Positions 56,901 to 64,000 of a DNA stretch of 64,000 nt are shown here, in pieces (the first letter of the stretch is position 1; each line of letters begins with the position of its first letter). A program made the position numbers and the translations under genes. Origin of the DNA: the human T2T-CHM13v2.0 reference genome, Homo sapiens. The stretch lies in assembly GCF_009914755.1 (NCBI RefSeq), contig NC_060932.1; one strand, 5' to 3'. The notes beneath the pieces are model-generated. The model was not told where the DNA came from, made no database searches, and saw nothing but the letters and a program-made list of their open reading frames with translations.

Positions 56901-59900
56901 TGAGCTGCACCCCCAACCTGTCTGCATGTTTTTTGAAGGTAGGGTCTGGATCTGATTGGACTTTGCTTCCTGTGCTTCCCACAAGGCCTGACCCCGAACA
57001 CATCAGGCAATATACCTGAAGGAAATAGGAAGCATGTCCAAAGGGGACTTGAAGAGGCATCCATGGAGGGACAGTTGATTGAGTTGTAAAGAAGGGATGT
57101 GGAAGCACCAGGGACCCAGCAATAGCACACGGCATCACTTCACCTCTGTGAAGGGGGCTAGAAGAGGGCACGGTCCTACTGGAATGGGGCAGGAGCTGGA
57201 CTGTGGAGGGTGGGCCACTCTGCATGGCAGGAGCTATAGGACCCATGGTGATCGCCCAGCACATGGGGATCATTCCTATTGGCTTAGTTGCCTGTCTTCC
57301 TCAGGGGACTGTGGGATCCTTAATAAACCAGGTCTTGCTCATCTCTAGACCCCCAGAATTAAGCACCAGGTCTTCCACTAAGTCTTAGTTAACTAATTAA
57401 TTGAGGCCTCTTGATTTCCTAAGACCACTCACTCCTTGATGGTGATCTCTTTACCTACCATGGGCTTCCCCCAAAAGAGACATCAAGGGCTGAGCTGATC
57501 ACCCCTGTCCCCAAATGGCCACACTCTTGCAACATTCAGTTTCCACTGGATGTGCCCCTCTCCAAGTGGGGTGCAGGGCTCTGGATCCTGCCTCTCAAAC
57601 CGAAAGAGCAGCATCACTGAGTGCACACATAGATAAATACAATGAGTTATGGCCAAAAGTTAGGGCTCCAGTAGAGAACTCAGAGAATTCAGGTGTCTGA
57701 GATGACTGGGACAGCCGGAGAAAAACCCTTCTGGATTTCCATTCTGTATTTCTGCCTTCTGGGGGTTAATATGGAAATAGGGAACCAGGCTCAGCCCCTA
57801 AAATCCTTCAGCTCAGTGTCTCAAGAGCAAGGGTTAAACAATGTTCTCTTTATTTTCTCCACACACAAGGCAGTCTTCTTGTGAAAGTGAGTGGATTATG
57901 TCACCCTCATGTGTAGAGCTCTTGAGTGGGTCCCCATTCTACCTAGAACTAAACCTAAGCTATCTCTGTGGTCAGCAAGGCCCTTGAGCATCTGGATCCT
58001 GCCTAATTCCCCTTCCTCACCTTACTCCACACCCCTCCATTCACTGTCCTTCTCCACAGCTACTTTTCTTTTGTCTCCAAATATCCCACACTCACATCTC
58101 AGGACTTAGTGTCCTCTGTTTTCTTTGCATGAAGTGCTCTTCCCCCAGACTATCTCATTCTGCCTCTTTCTTGTTATTCAGATACCAACTCAAGGGCACC
58201 CACTTTGCCTGGTCTTCCCTGAACCTAGCTAAGGAATGTGCTGCCTCCTAGCCATGCTCTACCACGTTCCCTTATTTTTTTTGCCATCACAGCACTTAAT
58301 AAGACCTCACATTGTTTTATTGATTTTGGTAGATATTTATGATCTGAATTTCCTTTGTAAGAGCAGCTCAGTTTGCCTTTGACATTATCATATCTTCAGT
58401 GTGAGACGTGCCTGGCACAGAGTAGGCACTTAATAAATCATTGTTGAGCAGTTATTAACTGTAGTGATGAGAACTAATGTTTAATAACCACTCATTGTAT
58501 ACTGGGGGAGATGGTACTTTGGGGGGAATTTGAATTTCAGATTCTTGTTTTGCCCATATTTGCTGTGTGTTTTGCCCAACCTACTGAACCTCTTTGAGTG
58601 AAATGGGAATAACAGCAGCCTTTTCTTCAAGGAAGTGGGGATGGAAAGGGCATTGGAGTTGAGAAAGTCAACTGGATTTTTCATACTGACAGTTCTCTCA
58701 TTCAATCTTCCCAAGCTCTTTTGAAATGTGTGTTTTCATCCCATTTTACAGATGAGAATACTGATGTTCAGAGCAACCGACTGAACCCCTGGAAGTCACT
58801 CATACTGAAAATGGCAAAGCAGTATCTGCCCCTGCTCTGTCCAATGCTAACAGGACTGCTGAGGCCTCCCCTCCACCTCGCCTCAAGTTGACATTGGGCC
58901 TGTGGAAATAGACCTCTAAGCCAGCCTTTCCTGCTAGTTTGGTTTTAGCCTTTCTTGGAGTCAGCTTTGCCATCTGTGAAATATGTGAGTCATCTAGATA
59001 GTGTCTGAAACCTACCAGCTCCAAGTCTATGGTCCACGGATGGGCTGTGAGGACAATCAAGACTGAGGCAGGTTTTCACTCAAGTCCTGGAATATCTGGT
59101 CATCCTTCCAGGGTTCTTCATGGCAGGGAAACAAAATCAACAACTGAAGAACATGAGGTTCAGGAGATTTAAGTCTGAGTTCCAGTGTTGGCTTTGGGTG
59201 CCTCTAATCAACCACAAATCTATCCCAAGCCCGAGGCAGGCTGGTCTTACTCAACATTTATGGGGTCTTGCAGGGCTTATGAGTGAGCTCATGTGGGTGA
59301 GCTGTGGGTACCACAGGACCAGCACAGATTGCTCCAGCACATTGTCCAGCCACGAGACAGAATTTCCCTCTTACAGATCCATTGAATAGCCCTGGCCTGT
59401 GGGTTTGCTGTAAAGATGCAAAAGCCCTGAAGCATTATCTGCCAAACCTCAGCCCTGACCATGGTTAGGCTGACATCAGGGGAGGCAGCAGGAGAGGGAG
59501 AGAAAAGGGTATCTCATTGTGGAACTGGGGCAGTGGTGGGCAGGGGCTGATGCAGGAGGGGTGCCATGGCCCAACTGCTCTTCACCCACGGTCCTTACAC
59601 AGACCTGATCCTGCTAATTCTGACTCAGCTTTCAGACTCAGCCTGCGGACACTCAATTTTTAGTAATAAGCAGTCTCCTCATAATTTACTATATAGCAAA
59701 ATAAATTTTTAAAAGATATTAATAGTTGGCACCAGAGTCTCTTCACTTCATTTATTCATTTTTACAACAAACATCTATTGAGCCCCTGGGATGTGCTTGT
59801 GCTCTTTTGGGCTGTGCAGATTTAACGGTAAAGATAACAATGTTCCAGTCCTACTCAAGTTTGCATTCTGCTGCAGAGAAAGACAATTATAAATCATAAA

Positions 59901-60844
59901 ATATGTATAATATCAGTTAAGGATTGGTGCTTGGAATAAAATAAAGAAGTAGAGAGGGGGAAATTGGTCATTTTTGATATGATGGTCCAAGAAGCCTACT
60001 GAGGTAACATGTAGCAGAGATGATTTTTAAGGAAATGACTTTGATCAGCAACATGAGATTGGTATTGGAATATCGAGGACATAAGTAAGACACAATAAAT
60101 CAGAAGGTGTTAAAAATAAAGATGGATTCATGACTGAGGGGTGGGGAGAAAAGAAAAAAAAGACAAAGAATCATGACAAAGAGCCAGACAACTACAATTC
60201 TAAATTGTTTGTCTTACTGTGAATAACTTTTCTTCCATATACTTAAAGCTTTATACTAAATTCTGCTACAAACAGAGGCTGTGTGTGCGTGTGCATGCAT
60301 GTGTATGTGAGCATGTTTGTGAAGAAAAGGGCTGTGTTCCAAATTTGAGTCCATGCCAGGACAACTTGTAGAATATAGAAAAAAAGTGCAGTGGTGGCAG
60401 AAGGAGGTGACAGCTGCAGGTAGAACAAGAGTCCTTCTGAACTCCTGGTTGTTCCTCCTATGGGAAATCACTCCTGGTCTCCCTGGCCCCTCGTACGTCC
60501 TGCCCAGGGAGGAAAGCCTGGGCATGCTCAATGCAGTTCTTGCCCACTTCCTCTGGAGAGTGAGTTTTCACTGGGAGTAGGCATTCTGCTTGGCTTCTCT
60601 AAGCCCAACTATTATCTGGGCAAGGCCTCCATGTGAATCCCATGGAAAATTCAAACCACCCCTCCCTTCAATTCAGAAAGAACTGAACCATCCACTCAGC
60701 TAAATATCAGTTATTATTATCATAGGTGCTATTATTAAATATAGACTGAGTCTTGTGTAAGCAAGCCAGCAGCACTAAGCACACAGAAAAGCCACAAATC
60801 TGAGACTTGGAAAATCCAGGCAGCTTCATTACAGGAGGCATTTC

Positions 60845-61300
60845 AGCTATTTCTTGCTGCAATAACAAACTACCCACAAGTCAGTGTGTTAAAACAATCA
60901 TTTTCTTTTGCTCACAATGTTATGGTTCAAGAAGCTGGGAAAGGCTCAGCTAGGCGGTTCATCTGTGATCCACGTGGCATCAGCTGGGACAGCTGAGGTC
61001 GGAGCACCCACTTCCAAGATGGCTGCTTCATCTGGACATCTTGGAGAGATGGCTGGAAAGCCTGGCCTGCATGCACCTCTGTCCTCCACATAGGCTTAGT
61101 ACCTCTCCAGTAAGATTCCAAGACCAAGGTGGGAGCTACTTGTCTTTCTAAAGTCTAAAGTCAGAACTGAGTTATTTCTGCCTTACTCTACTAGTCAAAA
61201 TAGTCATGGAGACAGTCCAGACTCAATGGAAGTAGAATTAGACCCCATTTCTCATTGGAGAAGTATCAGTGAATTTACAGCCATCATTAATCTGACCACA
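60845..61300 (-). mobile_element. Old MLT1-family LTR
   Basis: gctgcaataacaaactacccac...aaaacaatcattt...cacttccaagatggct. Confidence 0.65.
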
Positions 61301-61650
61301 GAGTGAGGTCCAAACTCAAGGATTTGCTAACATGCACCAAGCACTTTGTAGGTGGCAGACACTGTTCTGAGCACTTTATATGTGGTAACTCCCTTAAGTT
61401 CCCCTGGAGCCCGATAATATGATAGGGTATACCTATGATATAGGTATAATTATTAGCCCCATTTTAAGTTTCTGAAAGTGAGGCTCAGAGGGGTTGAGTA
61501 ACTTGCCAAATGCCATAGGCATAAAAGCTGGTGAAGTCAGGAGTAGAACCGAAGTCAGGAGTAGAACCCAGGCTGCCTGATCGAGGGCCTGCACTGTGTA
61601 GTGCTACTCTTAGGATGGGCCAGGTGAAGAGGCTTGGAAGAGAAAGTAGA

Positions 61651-62128
61651 TGCATTATCTGGGGCTGCCATAGCATATACCACAAACAGGGTAGCTCAAA
61701 ACAACAGAAATTTATTCTCTCACAGTTCAGGAGGCCAGAAGTCCAAAATCAAAGTATTTTCAGTGTTGGCTTATTCTGGAGACTCTGAGGATGAACCTGT
61801 TCCTTGCCTCTCTCTAAGTGTTTGCTGGTTACTGGAAATCTTTGGCATTTCTTGGCTTGTTCATTCCATTCCTTGGCTTGATTGTATTGCATGACTCCAA
61901 TCTCTGCCCGTCTTCGCTTGGCTTTCTTCCCTTTGCATCTCTCTGTGTCTTCTCCTTTTCTTACAATGATGTCAGTCACTGGATTTAGGGCCCAAGCTAA
62001 ATTCAGAATGATTTTACCTAGAGATTCTTAACTCATTCCATCTGCAAAGACCCTATTTCCAAGTAATGTCATGTTCTGAAGTTCCACATAAGCATGAATT
62101 TTGGGGGGATGCTATTCACCCACTACAG
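61651..62128 (-). mobile_element. MLT1-family LTR
   Basis: aaaacaacagaaatttattctctcacagttcaggaggccagaagtccaaaatcaa...atctgcaaagaccctatttccaa. Confidence 0.8.
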
Positions 62129-62438
62129 AATATAAGATCAGGGATGCATCTTCTGGGCTGAAAGGAGGGGATGGATGAGTCCAGATGAAAAGACAGAATG
62201 GAGAATCTGCAGGAACCCACTTGCTCAGGTGGGGCACAGAATGTGAGAAGACACGAGAGCAGAGGGCTTAGCAGAGGATGCACCTCATAGGGGCTTAGGA
62301 GTTTGGGAACCAAGCTCAAGGACTTTGTGTTATAATGGAAGAAAATAAAACAACTTTTATGGATTTTAAGAAAGAGAGTAAAATGATCAGATGTCTATTT
62401 TAGACCAATCACTATTGCAGCTGGGAGAGAATGAATTA

Positions 62439-62806
<368 letters not shown>

Positions 62807-63824
62807 TGCACATTTGGATGCTCTGACCTCTACATGACAGCCCTGCTGAGTCTTCCTGAGATTCATGTTAGGGAGCTGTCCGTGTACAGGAGAAAGAAGG
62901 GGGCTTTATCCAGCACCCAGATCTGTTTAGACCTGAGTCCTCCCCCATCCTTTGCAATGTTTTCTTAACTGTGGAGTAAATAGAATGAGAAACACATGGT
63001 GCTTGGTTTTTTCACTTAGAAAAACAACAACAGACTTGAGGGTTTACAAGAGAAATGTCTGAACTTGTGCTTTGATGCTCTGGGCCAAACCCTAAGGGAT
63101 CAAAAAACAAAGATTCTCAAGAAATACAAAAAGATTCTTGCCCAATCTTTTGTGGCCTTGCCCACTGTATCCTAAGCCCCATTCCCTCTCCCCTCCCATC
63201 CAGGCAGGCCATGTGGGCAGGGAATGGGTGCAGGTTCTGAAAAGTGCACATCTATAGCTCCTTAGTGAGATGTGGGTGGCGACCTGGCTACTACGTTTCT
63301 GGAAAAAGGCCCAGAGAGACACCACAGTTGTATGGGGAACGGGGGGAATGAACAAAAAGCAGAGATAGAGTTTGAGAAACTTCAGATACATTGACAGGAT
63401 ATTGACACCTTAGCCCTATAGGAAGGGCTCCTGGGTAACTAAATTGTCATGTGCTTTGGACTCAGACAGAACTGGGTTTAAATCCTGAGCCTTCCCTGCC
63501 AAAGTGGTGGGAAGCTGGAAGCAAGTTAAGTGTCCAACAATAGAGGACCGTTCTCACAAATCATAGCAGGTCCATACATGGGACACCATGCAGCCATTTC
63601 AAACCAAGCACCCACAGGGTATTCAAGGCACAGAAATGCTTAGTTTATAATGTTAAGTAAAAAGCAAATAAATACAAGTACCATGACTCCACTTTCTAAA
63701 TATACATCTAATATATACATATATACAGAAAACATACTGAAAGTCCCTTAGAATGTAACAGCACTTACCTCTGAGAATAAGTCTATGGGCACCTTTTGAT
63801 TTCTTTCTTTAAAAAGTTTCTTTG

Positions 63825-64000
63825 GGCCGGGTGCGGTGGCTCACGCCTGTAATCCCAGCACTTCGGGAGGCCGAGGCGGGTGCATCACCTGAGGTCAGGA
63901 GTTCGAGACCAGCCTGACCAATATGATGAAACCCTGTCTCTACTAAAAATACAAAAATTAGCTGGGCATGGTGGCATGCACCTGTAATCCCAGCTACTGG
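63825..64000 (+). mobile_element. Alu (AluSp-like), cut by the window end
   Basis: ggccgggtgcggtggctcacgcctgtaatcccagcac... Confidence 0.93.

Overview
Human (primate) genomic DNA holding the 3' end of the thyroglobulin gene TG on the + strand. The last five exons are present (44-48 in the standard 48-exon numbering: 6741-6922, 9928-10035, 25136-25270, 26794-26984, 28000-28118 stop). They encode the C-terminal cholinesterase-like (ChEL) domain ending ...QEPGSKTYSK*, followed by a short 3' UTR with AATAAA at 28200-28205. The remaining ~36 kb is intergenic and dense in Alu, MIR, L2, L1, MaLR LTR and MER DNA-transposon relics; I see no other credible gene there. The most unusual structure is in intron 45 (about 11410-12080), a mosaic insertion built from nearby DNA: a copy of the exon 45 acceptor plus its first ~16 codons, fused to an inverted copy of intron 44 sequence, then a copy of a downstream segment. 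It yields a candidate 82-nt frameshifting pseudo-exon and an inverted repeat that brackets exon 45. Several more short dispersed local duplications (253, ~70 and ~50 bp) occur in the window. Whether any of this is functional or undescribed cannot be shown from sequence alone. Repeat-family calls and boundaries were made by eye and are approximate.
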